From contig NC_052151.1 in assembly GCF_902713615.1 (NCBI RefSeq), positions 66,250,375-66,314,374 of the forward strand: a stretch of DNA of 64,000 nucleotides, written 5' to 3'. Within the stretch, counting starts at the first letter, position 1, and the number at the start of each line of letters is the position of its first letter. Under the pieces are notes generated by a model. It saw only the letters and a list, made by a program, of their open reading frames with translations. It was not told the DNA's origin and did not search any database. Position numbers and translations under genes: made by a program. This document shows, in pieces, positions 1 through 13,600 of the stretch. Source of the stretch: Scyliorhinus canicula (Eukaryota).

Positions 1-448
1 AGGGCCTTAGCTATGAGGAGCGGTTGAATAAATTTGGTTTGTTCTCACTGGAACGACGGAGGTTGAGGGGCGCCCTGATAGAGGTCTACAAAATTATGAG
101 GGGCATAGACAGAGTGGATAATCAGAGGCTTTTCCCCAGGGTAGAGGGGCCAATTACTAGGGGGCATAGGTTTAAGGTGCGAGGGGCAATGTTTAGAGGA
201 GATGTACGAGGCAAGTGTTTTTACACAGAGGGTAGTGGGTGCCTGGAACTTGCTGTCGGAGGAGGTGGTGGAAGCAGGGACGATAGTGACGTTTAAGGGA
301 CATCTTGACAAATACATGCTGAATAGGATGGGAATAGAGGGATACGGACCCCGGACGTGTAGAAGATATTAGTTTAGACGGGCACCATGGTCGGCACAGG
401 CATGGAGGGCCGAAGGGCCTGTCCTGTGCTGAACTTTTCTTTGTTCTC
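1..448 (+). mobile_element. CR1-clade (HER1-like) LINE, ORF2 C-terminus and 3' UTR
   Basis: Translation GLFSLERRRLRGALIEVYKIMRG...TRGHRFK is the CR1 ORF2 C-terminus; 3' tail GGGCCGAAGGGCCTGT...TTTGTTCT; close inverted relative at 30793-31218. Confidence 0.9.
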
Positions 449-1267
449 ATTCAAAATCCTATGGGCACATTATTTGACTCACTCTGCCATGCAATGGTAC
501 AACACATCTTGGCCTTACATGCAGCTAATTTCCAATGCCAGCAGGCACGAGCTGGTTACCCACCAAGCCATAGTGACCTAAATAAGATACAGCAATGTAA
601 ATATGGTTTTCGATTTGGTCATATGCTTAAATAATTTTGTTTTAAACTGGAATTGTTTCTATTTTGGCAGAGTTGGCACTCATCAATCATACTTTTAATT
701 TTGTTTGTGTGATCCCATGAGAAGAATTGGCTTTCTGAACCCAACTTTAGATATTTACAGGCAACATTCAAAGACTCAAAGACTGAATGTGGGGGCATTA
801 AAAATGTCTGTTTGCAAGGATAATGTGAGAATGTTCTGAATTCAGGAGGGGCAAGTGGGCCATGTCAATGTCTTATTAATTACATTTTTAAGAAGTAATG
901 GCGATGACATAGTTAAAGAGTGATGTATATGGGGATAGGTCCCTGGAGAGGGAGCTTGTGATGTCTGTGGGCACCGCAGGGCATTGGGGTGTATATTTGG
1001 CCCCTTTAATCACATTTTGGTTTGATGTTGTAAGTTTCCTTTGAGATTTATTTTTTGTTTATTGAAGTTAACTTTAAAGGGCTGCCCTTTTAATTTATCC
1101 CTCTATTTGTTAATTTAGTTTATTCAGCTCACCCCCTAAATAGTATGAATGGGGATGTGTCCCTGGAAAGGAAGCACGTGGTGCCCACCAGCATACTCGA
1201 GGCACTGTGGGATTGGGGTGCATTGTTGACCCCAGAATCACATTTTGAATTAAAGTTTTGTAAGTTT

Positions 1268-1560
1268 TCTTTTTTTTAAATAAACACTTAATTGAGGTAT
1301 TTATGGTTTTATAACAGTAACAGAAGAAACAGTGTACATGCAATTATAAACATAGTGCAAAAGCTGCCTTCCTCTCTCACCGGTCACACCTTTTCTAACC
1401 CGCTACTCTACACTAAACTAACCCCGCAACCCCCCCTCTTCTGCTGACAGTTAATTTTTCCTAAAGAAGTCGACGAATGGCTGCCACCTCCGGACGAACC
1501 CTAACATTGACCCTCTCAAGGTGAACTTGATTTTCTCCCGATAGAAAAAACTAGCCATGT
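1268..1560 (-). mobile_element. L1-clade LINE 3' end with poly-A tail
   Basis: Minus strand reads MASFFYREKIKFTLRGSMLGFVRRWQPFVDFF* (L1 ORF2 terminus, compare 20530-20600), then 3' UTR and A-tract. Confidence 0.75.
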
Positions 1561-1561
1561 T

Positions 1562-2133
1562 TTATCACGGATCATTGAATTTGTTACTGACAAAAAATTG
1601 CACGTTTGAAATCGGAGTCTGAGACAAGTAATAAATGAATCAATCGATTTGCCTTGCATCCTTTTCTTAAACATGTAGCGCTCGTAAGTTTCATTTACTT
1701 GTGCTTTACAATGGACGCGGATTTTTTCATTACCAGTTCAAGTTTGTTTTTATCATCACTGTCTTCAAATTGGAAAGAATTATGCAACTCGATTACTTGC
1801 GATCCAGCTAAAGTTAGGAGAAGCACAATTTTATGCTGACCTGGAGCTGATTCTAGCGTGGAGACAGATAAGTATAATTCAAACTGTTGTTTGAAGGTAT
1901 GCCAATTTAGATTGAGTTTACCAGTCATCTTGAAGTGCCTGCTTTTGTAGACCTTCCATCTTTCAGACTGGAGTTCGGTGCTGACTACGAGATCTGGTTA
2001 GTAGTGCAATGATTCTTCTTGTCTTTTCAACTAATCTCACTTGCTAAACTATTTGCTGTGCTTTTAGGAATGACTCCTGGTACCATGTGGTGTTCTTTGT
2101 GCTGCTATTACTCAGGATGGATTTCGTAGTGTA
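1562..2133 (-). mobile_element. Ty3/Gypsy LTR retrotransposon 5' fragment (LTR end, PBS, degenerate gag N-terminus)
   Basis: ORF 1695-1928 TGKLNLNWHTFKQQFELYL...KIVLLLTLAGSQVIELHNSF matches a Gypsy gag N-terminus; LTR ends ...CACCACA directly before TGGTACCAGGAGT. Confidence 0.8.
2073..2085 (-). promoter_or_regulatory. Primer-binding site complementary to tRNA-Leu(UAA) 3' end
   Basis: Minus-strand TGGTACCAGGAGT is the reverse complement of ...ACTCCTGGTACCA (vertebrate tRNA-Leu UAA end), located right after the LTR CA. Confidence 0.7.
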
Positions 2134-2151
2134 CACAAAGAACACCACAAA

Positions 2152-2268
2152 CCTGACACCGTTTCTCATTGGAATCGATTGTGTTCCATGTGGCGCCGGT
2201 GCTAGCCCCTCAACAGTCGTTGAATCTGTCCAGGTGTGGCGCCAGTTTTGCTGTCATGGAACTCCTGC
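2152..2268 (-). mobile_element. Harbinger subterminal fragment
   Basis: Reverse complement aligns by eye with 56055-56170, the left end of the Myb-bearing Harbinger. Confidence 0.65.
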
Positions 2269-2599
2269 ACCAGTAAAACCACTTCGTCTCAGGAACAGAG
2301 GATCCAGCCCCATAGTTTTCATATTTTCAGGAACAGTAGATATGGATGCTGCTGTTTCAAATTGTGTATGCATCATGTAGAGCCATAGAGTATGTTAATA
2401 GACAGAGGAGAGAATGCAGAAAATGTATAAATCAATCTGACAGTCATCCTACTGGCAAAACAATAGAATGCAAGAGGCTAAAGTAGGTATTACTTCTGGA
2501 ATGTTGCCAAGGGAGTACCAAAAAGTATTGGAAAGCCAGTGAATATTTTCAGTTAGTTTGTGGACATCTTCAGCTAGGAAACAAAGATCTATTAACATT

Positions 2600-2860
2600 G
2601 ATTTATAATGTACCAGAAGGTGCTCAAGGAGGTAGATCAGTGCACCTGCCTATTGAGTCTTTGATGTTGATGTATTCGATACGAACTGAGAGGTGGAATA
2701 AAAGAAGGTTCCTTGTGGTTTGGCCGCATGTGGATGTGCAGACGTTGAAATAAATCTCAGTATGGATTCTAATAACAGGAAGAGAGGTTGACCAAGGTTC
2801 ACTTGGCAACACAGATGGAAAAACACCTTAAAGGAAACAGATCTGGCCATGGAGGATGGA
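2600..2860 (+). mobile_element. Ancient RTE-like LINE C-terminal remnant (tentative)
   Basis: Degenerate reading resembling RxxWxGHVxRM...YG...GRPxxxW; heavily decayed. Confidence 0.25.
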
Positions 2861-4286
2861 AAAATAAATCACAGACACTGTTCAAATTAGAAACACAGTG
2901 CTAACTTTTATGCCTTAAGACATGGAGGCATTTACATTTAAATAACTGGATTCCATTCGTTGAATGATAAATCTTATTAAATTAGAATTTTGTTCAACAG
3001 ATTATACAACCTTTCACAACACTATTAAGAATGCAGAAGTCAGCTAAACACTACCATTTAGCCTTAATGCAATCAGTAGCCGGTTATACGGTTCATGCCT
3101 ACTTGCAAAAGTCTATCTGTTCTTGAACCTCATCCCATTGTTTGTTTTATTGTAGGCTTCAGGATTAACATGCAGAGTAAATAATCCATTTATAAAATAA
3201 AGTACAATGTGCCAACACTGTCAAATCGCTGGAAAACGGTTTGTGTAATTCCCTGCTGAAATCCAGCAGTATTATGGAACCTGAGGAGAATTTCAAATGA
3301 TGTTCAACCCTTTCCATCAGAATCATTGGATTACTCTTTGCGTCGTTAATTATTAAGCAGACTTTGTATGAGAAGAGATTCCTACTGTGATTTCTGATCA
3401 TACTACCTGCTGCTACTGACTGTCCATGCCCCACAATGATCTACACACATTGCTGAACAAAGTGAGACAGGCATTATCACACCTTTCCTCATGTCTGCTG
3501 GATACCGAGCACCAAGGGAACATTGCGCACTGTGACATTTCTCAAATGCTATTATTAATTTCTCAGCCAGCTGGGGAGCTTTCTTTTTAAGGTCAACGGG
3601 TGCAGGGAAAATCAGCTGGTTTTCTGGAAGATGCCATCTGTTTCTTATTTCTTGGGAAACTTAATTAAATGAACTTGCAGGAGTCCAGTAACCCTGACTT
3701 GCCTGTCCTCAATCCCCAGAGACGTAGGGAGCAACAGCAATAAGCATTTCCAACCCAGTGCTTCCGACCATCCCTTGTGACCCACTCTTGAATACTTTCG
3801 CAGGAAGGTTCCCAGAAGGTCTGTACTGTTGCTTTTATTTTGTTTCACTGCACAATGTAAGCACACTATAAAGAATCAATCTCATCAGAGATTAGTGACC
3901 AGGAATTGCTTCTCTCCAGGGGTTATGGTTTGGTCATTTTGTGCACTTTTACTGTTTTATTTCCATTCATTGAAACTGGAGAAAAAGCTAGCGCATTGCA
4001 GCTTAGTGCTGCAATTGCACTGTCTACAGCTTTGTCACAATTCAGAAAGAGCTGGGAAAGAAGCTATGCTGATGCAATCTCTCGACTGACGCACGTGTTC
4101 TTGACTAGAAACTCAATTGTTAAGACTTCTTAATCTTCAACTTCCAATAGCTTCTTGTGATGAATGAATTAAATGAATAAATAATGAATGATACAGCAGA
4201 GAGAGAGACAATGTAGTCCATCATACGTATGCAGTTCTTGTGAAGGAGCTACTGCCAATCTTCTGCCATTGCCATCGAGACACACA

Positions 4287-5240
4287 GAGCTTTACAGAAC
4301 AGTAAGATGCCCATTGGCCCATCCTGTAGTGGCAGCTATTAAGCACCTATCTATTCTAACCCCATTTTCCAGCCCTTGATCCCGGAGCCTTGTATGCTAT
4401 GGCGTTTCACCTAAATGCTTCTTAAATGTTGTGAGGGTTCCAGCCTCTACCGACCTTTCAGGCAGTGAATTCCAGATTCACATCACCCTTCTAAAACCCC
4501 TCTAAATTTCCATCCCATTACAGTACATGTATGGCCCCTGATTGTTGACCCCTCTCGAGGTTCTTTTGCCACTCTTTTGCCCATCTGACCAACCCGTCTA
4601 TATCGTCCTGTAATCTAAGGCTTTCCTCCTCGTATTTACCACACCACCAATTTCCATGTCATCTGCAAACTTACTAATCATGCCCTCGACATTCATGTGT
4701 AGATCATTAATGTACACTACAAACAGCAAGGGACCCAGCATTGATCTCTACACCACTGGGCACAGACATCCAGTCAAAAAATTATCTTCGACCATCACCC
4801 TCTGACTCCTGCCACTAAGCCAATTTTGGATCCAATTTGCCAAATTGCTCTGGATACCATGGGCTCATACCTTCCTCATTAGTTTTCTATGTGGGATCTT
4901 GTCAAAAGCCTTACTGAAGTCTATGCAGACTATATCAACTGCATAGCCCTCATCTACACACCTAGTCACCTCCTCGAAAAATTCAATCAAATCTGTTAGA
5001 CATGATCTCCCCTTGACAAAGCCATGCTGACTCTCCTTGATTAATCCTTGCCTCTCCAAGGGGAGATTAATTCTTTCCCTCAGAATTTTTTCCAATAATT
5101 TCCCGACCACTGATGTTTGACTCACTGGCCTATAATTACCTGGTTCTTCCCCACTTCCCTTCTTAAATAATGGGACGACATGTCTGATCTCTGACACCAC
5201 ACCTGTGGTCAGAGAGGATTTGAAAATGAGCGTTGGAGCT
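4287..5240 (-). mobile_element. CR1 LINE, internally deleted (RT domain and 3' end)
   Basis: ORF 4865-5200 PGNYRPVS...QHGFVKGRSCLT...DFSKAFDKIPH; SKFADD motif near 4670; CR1 tail near 4290-4560. Confidence 0.9.
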
Positions 5241-6204
5241 CCTGCACTCTCCTCCCTTCCTCACCCTGCAAATTTCTCTTTTCCTGAAAGATATCCAATT
5301 GCCTTTTGAAAATGACTACTGAATATACTTTCCATTGAGGTAGTGCGCTCCTCATGGTAACTTGCCGCATTAAAAAAAAGACTTCTCATATCCCTGGTCT
5401 TTTACCACCATCTTAAATATACCAGTTATCTTCATTTATTTATAATCCAAGTGTCAAAGCTGTAAATGTTGTCCAAGTGTTTGATTATCCGAGGACGGAT
5501 GGTCCATCCTGGGCTTTCTCTATGGGAGAACTGTCATTGATGCTCCCTATGGAAAAGTGTGCTGAAATAAACCATTCTTCAGCCATAGCCATGGAGATGG
5601 CATTGTCTTGCCACCACGATCCGATGCAGAAAATATGGCCTACTTTTGCTCCTACGTCTTCTGATCTTATGGCTTTTAGTGATGATGAATTTCTCGTAGA
5701 AGGTGATAAAGGAGGTGCTGAGATTGCCTTGGCACATGGTGGTACTGTCACTTCACTGAACACAATGGGACATTGGCATAAGAGGGAGTGCAATGGTGGT
5801 GTTGAGTCATGCAGGCAGCGTGGGCAGGGTTAACGCAATGGTGTGTATCAGAGCATGCTTTCATTATGAGAAGGACTGTACCTAAATTTCTCATTTTTTA
5901 TTTCACAACAGCCCCTAGCACTGCTGGCTCTCCCCCAGGCCCATATCTCCCCTTGGACATCAAGAGAAGCAGATGACGGAGGCGGAAGTGTCACATTGAA
6001 CTAGCCCACACCCCGCCAACTCAGATACAGGCACATTGAAGCGATGTAGTGCATTTGTTTAAAGTTAATGGTACAGGGTGAAAATCACTGCACCAGGACA
6101 CAGGGGAAAGTGTCAGAGTCAGAGATATTTGTGCACAGTCTCCTCGGAGGAGGGAGGAAAGTCATGATCATGCTCCAGTGGGAGTCAATTCTTGGGGCAC
6201 AGTA

Positions 6205-6355
6205 TTTTTTAAAAATTCATTCATGGGACTTGGGCATCGCAGGCTGGCCAACATTTATTGCCTATCCCTAATTGCCTTTGAGGGGCAGTAAAGAGTCAAC
6301 CACATTGCTGTGGATCTGGAGTCACATGTAGGCCAGATGAGGTAAGGATGGCCGA
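6205..6355 (-). mobile_element. SINE fragment (Meta-domain-like core plus LINE-type tail)
   Basis: Reverse complement of the family at 6990-7440; also at 40915-41300 and 48395-48670. Confidence 0.6.
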
Positions 6356-6989
6356 TGACAGTATGTGTCCAATCAGGAGCAGATGTGTGGACATCTGACA
6401 AAGTTCCCATAGGCAGTGGGAGCTCTTGAACTATGAGTGGGAGAGTTAATCTCTGCCATGTGTTCCCATTGTCCCGGGGGCTCAACTGCATGAGCTCTGG
6501 CCATGAGAGATTGACCAATGTCACGGAGAGACACATGCAGCAGCACTCAGAGTGGATTCAAGAGTAGTGTCTCAGCCAGGAAAGGGTGAAAGTCTCCCTC
6601 AGTAACGCAGATCAGTCTGCTCAGAATATGAGCACTGACTCCACCTGAAGGCCAACCCAGGACTGTGGAGGTCTCTGAGGAGGGTCCTGGGAGCTCTTCA
6701 ACACCCTCATCTTCTGCCAGCTCCCCTCCGCCACTGTCTTCATCTGCCTCATATGTGCCAATGACCATGGTTGCCCCTGGTGCCCAACCGGTACCTGTGC
6801 AATGAGGCAGGCCACCGTGCTCTTCATGCTTTACAAACAGATAACTGAGCAGCCTGCCTCCTCTGAGGCAAAACCGAGGCACTTCACGGAAGTGTTTGTG
6901 TGTGCCGGGCACCGTCTCGCCTGGAGCACTAACAGGTTCACTGTGGTTACGTATTCACATTGTATATGCATAATTCTCTGGGGATCCAA

Positions 6990-7440
6990 GCTCTAGTCCC
7001 ACCACGGTAGATGGTGAGATTGAAATTCAATAAAAATCTGGACTTAAAAGTCTAATAATGACCATGAAACCATTGTCAATAGTAAAAACACATCTGGTCC
7101 ACTAATGTCGTTTTGGGAAGGAAATCTGCCATCCTTACCTGGTCTGACCTACATATAGGACTGGATTCTCCACCGGCGGGTGCTCCATTTTGCTGGCAGC
7201 CCGGGTGTTTCCCAACAGCATGGGGCTGCCCCACAATGGGAAACCCCATTGACCAGCCGACGTAATGGAGCATCCCCCCGGCGGGGTGAAATAGAAATGT
7301 GGCGCGGCGGGACGGAGAATCCAGCCCATGATTCCAGACACCAAGCAATGTTGTTGACTCTTAAGTGCCCTCAGGAGTGGGCCATAAATGCTGGCCCAGC
7401 CAGCGATGGCTCATATCCAATGAATGAAATTTAAAAAATT
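6990..7440 (+). mobile_element. SINE (Meta-domain-like core, LINE-derived tail), split by a MITE
   Basis: CATCTGGTCCACTAATGTC...GGAAGGAAATCTGCCATCCTTACCTGGTCTG core; ATAAATGCTGGCCCAGCC...TGAATGAA tail. Confidence 0.65.
7158..7327. mobile_element. PIF/Harbinger-type MITE (170 bp)
   Basis: TIRs GGACTGGATTCTCC / GGAGAATCCAGCCC; 3-bp TSD ATA/ATG; host SINE continuous across it; relatives at 28575-28715, 37313-37425 and 43877-44062. Confidence 0.85.
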
Positions 7441-7514
7441 TGAGCACTTGTTCAATATACATGACTTCTACATGACTCAATGTATGCTTGTACAGAAGGT
7501 AAAATAACCGTAAT

Positions 7515-7718
7515 CCTAGATGACTACTGGTTGCTTTCCCCTTTGAGAGGGGGAGAGCTGATGGGCGACGATTTAACCTGAAGGTCAACACACCTCAGGT
7601 GAGGGGCAAGGTTGAGAAGGAGAGCCTTCATGAATAACCTCAGCTGGCACAGGAACTGAACCCACACTGTTGGCCTCACTCTGCATCATGAAACAGCTGC
7701 CCAGCCAACTGAGCTAAA
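7515..7718 (-). mobile_element. tRNA-derived SINE
   Basis: Minus-strand head TTAGCTCAGTTGG...GGGTTCAGTTCC (A/B boxes); same family at 60175-60425. Confidence 0.7.
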
Positions 7719-10439
7719 TTGCTTTATACAATAAAGAGCTCAAAAGGAATGATAAAATATATATATCTTTTTTACCAGTTAAATTGAGGGCAGCATGCTG
7801 AACTGCATGTTGATGTGTGGCTTCACCAGGAGCAATGATGTGGCCTGATGGGTGAGGCATATGCGGGCTTCTTCGTTCTCTGTTGTATCTCATAAGAGTC
7901 CAGCGATCAAAGGCTCAAGCACTAAGTTGCTCTTTGTAATTTTCACTTTACACTTAAGCGTGACTTTCAGGGAGGCTCAATGATCTGACTCCACAGCCAG
8001 ATGCTGGTCAGCACGTGAATCTGAAGAATGAATGATGGGTGCTGGATATTCATCCACACTGCAGTGTTACACTTTGCCTTTAATGTGGACAGTGCAGCTT
8101 GGTAGGCTATGTATTGTCCAGTTAATATAGGTCATCTGCTGTCACCACTACAGTGGCTGTGTTATAATTTCCCGTGTCATAGGATGTGGTTTGTGGAGTC
8201 TGCAGACGTATATGTGAGCTAGGACTGATATATTTGGTGCACAGTTTTTAACCCATGACTTGGCTGAAATGGATGCAGCGCAAGTTATTTCAATGAGATG
8301 TAACGTCTAATCATCATGCGCGAGATGTAATTTCTGCATGCATGAGATCAGCTTGTATAGGGTTTTGCATCTTCATTTGTGTCATTGGGGGGTGGGGGGC
8401 AGTGGTGTGATCCTCCAGCCACGTTGCGTCTGGCGCACATCCTGCTGCATTGGGGAAAATGCAGGAGAGCCCCGTAATGGGATTTGCGCCAGGCTCAAAA
8501 TAGTTTCTGATTCTCCCGCACAGTTCCAGCTGGCATGATTAGGATCTCACCCAGAAAGGACAAGAAACTGATCACAGCAAATTTGTATTCATTTTATTCT
8601 GATTAGTACGGTTAAAGTTGAATGCAGCGGTCTCTCGGTATTCTCAACCCCTCCGAGTGGGAAGTCACCTGGGTACGAATCGCTACTGGTCCTTAAAAGT
8701 GGGGGCCAGACACCATGGACTCCCATGCAGAGGAAGGGGGTAAGTACGCCTCTCCACTTAGCACTAGGGAGCACAAAGGCACAGCAGCTGCTGGTCACAT
8801 GCTGTGTGGGATCTTTCAAGAGAGCTAGGGGTTGGGGGTACTTGGGTTACACTGGAGGGGGCCAGGTTTGGTGTTGCCTCCAGAATGGGGGGTGCTTTGG
8901 ATCATTGAAGCCTTGAAGCCTGCTTTCTTTCATGTTTAACACTTCGGAACAGGACAAAGCACAGCTGCTCTCCTCTCACAGGACAGAACCAATCTGCAGC
9001 TTGTTTCTTGGAGAAGCAGTTCACTCCCCTTGAAGTTACAGTAGGCTCTGTGGTTTCAATGGTGCCACCTGCCTGCTTTTAACCTTTTGTACTTGGCTGT
9101 TTACATTGAATTTCACACATTATTGACCTTCATGAGCCTCTGCCGTTTCACTGTTGCAATATGCCTGCTTTTATCCCTTTGTACTGCATTGTTTACATTT
9201 CACACCTCATTGACTTTACAAGCCTCTTGATTGACAGCTGAAGGCTATCTCAAAGGTGGGCTAAGCTTTGTTTGTTCTTATAGCCTTTCATGGTGCATTA
9301 ACTCTGAAATGCTTCCTCTTTTGAACAAATCTAGCCACATTTTTTCGATAGTGGAATTTTTTCTACTCTGAAGTTCTTCTTAGAAAGAGCAGGTGCTCTG
9401 CCTGACAGCAATTATTTTAGACTGAATCTTTTTCAACCTCTGATGCCTGAACAACGTGCCCTGGAGGTTCTTTATCACCATAGAAGCAGCTGGCACCACT
9501 TAGACATTAAAGTGTAAGGGTTCATCAATGAGGACCTTCACGCAGCCTGTGTTGAATTCTCTGGATAGATGTGATGATCAGGCCTGGGGATTAAGAGGTC
9601 TTGGTAGCCCTCAGGTGGTCAGGGACATGGCAGGATAGTGACAGTACTTCCGCCTGGCACCCTGGAAGTGCCAACCTGGAAGCACCAAGTTGGCAGTGCA
9701 GCCTAGCAGTGCCAGGGTACAGTAACAGATTGGCACTGACAAGGGGCAGGATATGTGCTGACTGCAATTGGCGGTGGATTGGTGGGGGGGGGGCTTTGCT
9801 AGCAAGAATGTTGGGGGTGGGGGGGGGGGGCTGTAGGATTATTCTGAGATTGGGCCGCCTTTTAAAAACAGCGCCATGATCTCTAACGATTCGGCCTAGC
9901 TGGCATCTTCAGGTCCCATACATCACATTTTGATACAAATCACTCCAGTTCCAAAAGAAATGACTGAATGTGGGAAGACTGCGATGGAAATTGCGCCGGC
10001 ACACCGAATTTCCCACCTGAAATGGCATTTAGTTATTTTTTGGGAGAATTCCTCCCATTATCCTCATTATGGGCATGACTTGATCATGATTGAGTTGGCA
10101 GTGTGGCCATCTCATTCATAGTCAATGGCACTCATGTGGGGGCCAGACGAAAGGGACTTATGACTATGTGTGTTTGAAAGATGCTGACAACCATGTTTAT
10201 GGCGGAGAGGGTAGCTGCAGTTTGAATGGGACTGAAAATTTATTTGGAACAAGACCCTGTCTCGTTAACCCCTCCTGCACAGAATCAGCCCTGGATGCTT
10301 GGCTGTGGTGCTCCGTCAGTGGCAGGCGCATTATCCTCAAAAGTTTTTAAAAGCCCTGAATGTACATGGGTTTCTCCTTCCTTTCCACATCATCTTACCC
10401 CTCAGAGGCTGGAACTCTATCCATGGCCTCACCATCATC

Positions 10440-11440
10440 AGGTTGGAGGCTACTCTGATGTGCAGTATTGTGGAGCATGCAGCAAACAGCAACCATTCTT
10501 GAAACCCATTCTGGGGCATATTGGAGAGCTGCGATCGAGGCATTGGAATCTCATCTTTAAAATGCCAATAGCCTGCTCAATGATGCTCCTGGTGGCTGCT
10601 ATTGTAGGTTCGCTCTGCCTCAGATTAGGAGTTCTGAAAGGCGGTAATTAGTCAAGTTCTTAAGTTCTTGTTCTCTAGGAGCCATCCCTGGATCTGGGTT
10701 GGTAGATGAAATGGATTGGGGAGTTGCGAATTACTTTCGTGTGAAGGAGCTCTGGCGGATGTCTGTGAAATTTGCTCATATTTGAAGAAGCACCTTACTT
10801 TGACATTGATTGAGTGAGATGACTTGCGGTTCAGGAAGGTGTCCGTAAGCAGAGTTGCACATGAGTGCAATCAATAATGACCTGCACCTGAGGGAAGCCT
10901 GCAATTTGGGCAGAGAATGTGCCTCTTTGAGTTTGACTCATGATCCATGGCAAAACTAATGTGCTCTCCCACACGAGCGAACAGGGAATTAGTCACTTCC
11001 TTAATGCATCAGTGTGCTGCTGATTCGGAAATACCAGCCGGTTATCCCGCTGAACCCTGGAAAGAGCCTGAGGCACAGAAACTACTGGCAGGATATGGGG
11101 TCACTAGATTGTGACTCCAGTTGTTGCTGCAACATGAGGAAAACATGACATCACGGCTCAAGCTGAGTCTCCTCTGGCATTGGTTTGCCATCATGTTGAG
11201 GTATGGTGCCCTCGGTCTGCATACCCGCACCACTGGGTAGAACCTGGTTCTCCTCCCCCCCCCCCTCTTCCTCCTTGCTGGTACTTATGCCATGATCTTC
11301 CTCATGATCTTCTGTCATCCCTCTAGGCTCTGGCTGCTCATTTGAACTGGCTTCTGCTGCCTCTATGTGACAGGACGCCTTCTTCCATGCTTCCTCGTGT
11401 GAAGCATATGGGTGTGATCGTCCCAAAAGGGAACAATATC
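10440..11440 (-). pseudogene. PIF/Harbinger DDE transposase (HARBI1-like), frameshifted
   Basis: Ordered minus-strand motifs: RVCRPRAPYLNM...CQRRLSLSR, FCASGSFQ, AGFPQVQVIIDCTHV, FLNRKSSHSINV, GWLL, TRSIIEQAIGILKMRFQCLD. Confidence 0.85.
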
Positions 11441-11945
11441 CCCGAGCAAGCAAGTTTATCCGTGTGTTTCCCAACACTCGCAATGCCGCGAAACACATGG
11501 CTATTCACGTGACTCGTGTGGAATAAGGGGTCCGAACAGGGAATGCGCAGCCCAGGCCGCACATAGCCCCAGTTTTTACAATGGGGAGTTCCGCTTGCCC
11601 GAACACCCTGATGTAGCGAGAGAAAAATGGTGTCCCAATCTCCGATGCCAATAAAAGAATCCCTGACCACCCCCCAGTCCAAATACAATATGGGAGGGTC
11701 ACAGCGAGCGCCTTTGTGTACTTCTGAAGCACAGTTTCTTCCTTGCACCTGGGTGCAAAGATCAGTGTGGACAATAGAAATTGTCCTGGCAGTATAGCAT
11801 CCCCATCCTCTCAGGGAGAATGGTGGGAGTTCAGTTCCTGGCACTTCTGGGACACAATGCAAACTTCAATATAACATTACAGGAGTACCTCACGTCTCCA
11901 AGGGGGTACCCTGGCTATCCAAAAAAAAATGCACAAAAAACGGAC

Positions 11946-12216
11946 TGTAATGATATACAATAACGGTATATATAACAAGTGTATATAGCCTCCGACCACT
12001 GGGTGTCATGCAAGAGGAGCAGGACACTGGAATGAACTGGGACATAAGCAGTCCTGTTCAGAGTTACAGAAGCTGTTAGTAGCATGGTTAAAAGATCCAG
12101 TTTGGTTAGCAATAGTTTAGTTTACCCACGGTTTATTCAATATTAAATAACTAGTCTTAGCTAGGTGTTCTCTAGGTACACTCATTCAGTTATTATCATT
12201 GTACACAAACGTAACA
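11946..12216 (+). mobile_element. Solo LTR (Gypsy-type, 271 bp)
   Basis: TGTAATG...CGTAACA termini; 5-bp TSD CGGAC/CAGAC (one CpG-type mismatch). Confidence 0.7.
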
Positions 12217-12440
12217 CAGACCTCCTCTGACCTGATCTGCAATAATTGGAAATCAGGGGAGGCATCTGGTGATTTAAATGACCAGCTGCCTCCACAAAGC
12301 GTGTATGTGCAAACCTTGGCAAACTCCAGCCCTGCTCCCACTGAAATGGAATGTCATGTTCCGGAGCGGGATTTATATTTTCTGGCCCTTGAGGACAAAA
12401 TCTGGGCCTAAGTTTTGTTCATTTTTGACATGACCATGAG

Positions 12441-12845
12441 GTGGAGCAGAGAAGACCGAGGGGATACCTGATCGAGGTGCATAAGATTATGAGGGGCATG
12501 GACAGGATGGATAGGGAGCAGCTGTTCCCCCTTAGTTGAAGGGTCGGTTAGGAGGGGACACAAGTTTACGGTGAAGAGCAGGGGTTTAAGGGGGATTTGA
12601 GGAAAAACCTTTTTACCCAGAGGGTGGTGGCAGTCTGGAATGCGCTTATTGGGAGGGTAGTATAGGCGGGTTGCCTCACATCCTTTAGAAAGTACCTGGA
12701 TGAGCACTTGGCACGTCATAACATTAAAGGCTATGGGTCAAGTGCTGGTAAATGGGATTAGGTAGGCAGGTCAGGTGTTTTTGTGCTTCGGTGCAGACTC
12801 GATGGGCCGAAGAGTCTCTTCTGCACTGTACTATTCTGTGATTCT
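12441..12845 (+). mobile_element. CR1 LINE 3' end
   Basis: LIEVHKIMRGMDR motif; tail GATGGGCCGAAGAG...ATTCTGTGATTCT. Confidence 0.85.
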
Positions 12846-12849
12846 GGAA

Positions 12850-13600
12850 TGTTTTGTGGACTTGGGCGCTGCGATTTAGTGTTCGCCGTGAAGACAAACG
12901 GTGAATTAGGTGCAAAATTTTGCGAGACATGGAAAACGAGACTCTGGCTGGTGAGATCTTGTTGTCTGGGTTTTCCTGCCCCCGCCAGTGACGGACTGAG
13001 GTTCATGTCCAGGAAAGTCGGAAACCATGTTTCAATAAATGTTAATGTAATTGGGGGCTTCCTCGCCATATCGTTCCCCCTACTTGGAATTCCCCTGTTG
13101 TCAAAGTCAGGTCACATCGGCAAAACTGCTTTTCAAAAATGTAAAAGAGGCAAAGGACTCCTGCCAGCAGGGCAGAGGGAAGTGTAGCCCCTGGGGCAAA
13201 GGGGCATGCCTAGGCAGTGCTCTGGCACACTGGCCCTCTGGAACTGCCTCTGGGGAGCTCCACTGGGGAGGCGGGTGGGGTGGTCCCCTTGTGCATGTGG
13301 GGGAGTTTCCTCTTGTTGTGTGTGGAGGGTGGTTGCCCATGTCTGGGGGGGGGGGGGGGGGGAGATTCTTGCATGTTCATGGGAAGGGTTCAGGTGCATA
13401 TGTGAGGTGTTCCTGTGTTTCATATCGGGCCGTTCTTTAAAAGCCATGCTCCCATCTCGAGATTTCCGGTTGTCGGCTTTTTCCGGCCCCATCCTGCCAG
13501 TGTGATGGTATGGGTCACGCTTCCAGATGTTCTTTGCACAGAATGCTGGATTATCTGGGGAGAAAAGCCACTTTGCAGAGAATGGAAATTTCCACCAGAG
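12850..13600. mobile_element. Degenerate GC-rich non-autonomous Harbinger-like element
   Basis: GC-rich core with TGCCAG/GGCACT motifs shared with 9600-10050, 15850-16460 and 21855-22540. Confidence 0.4.
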
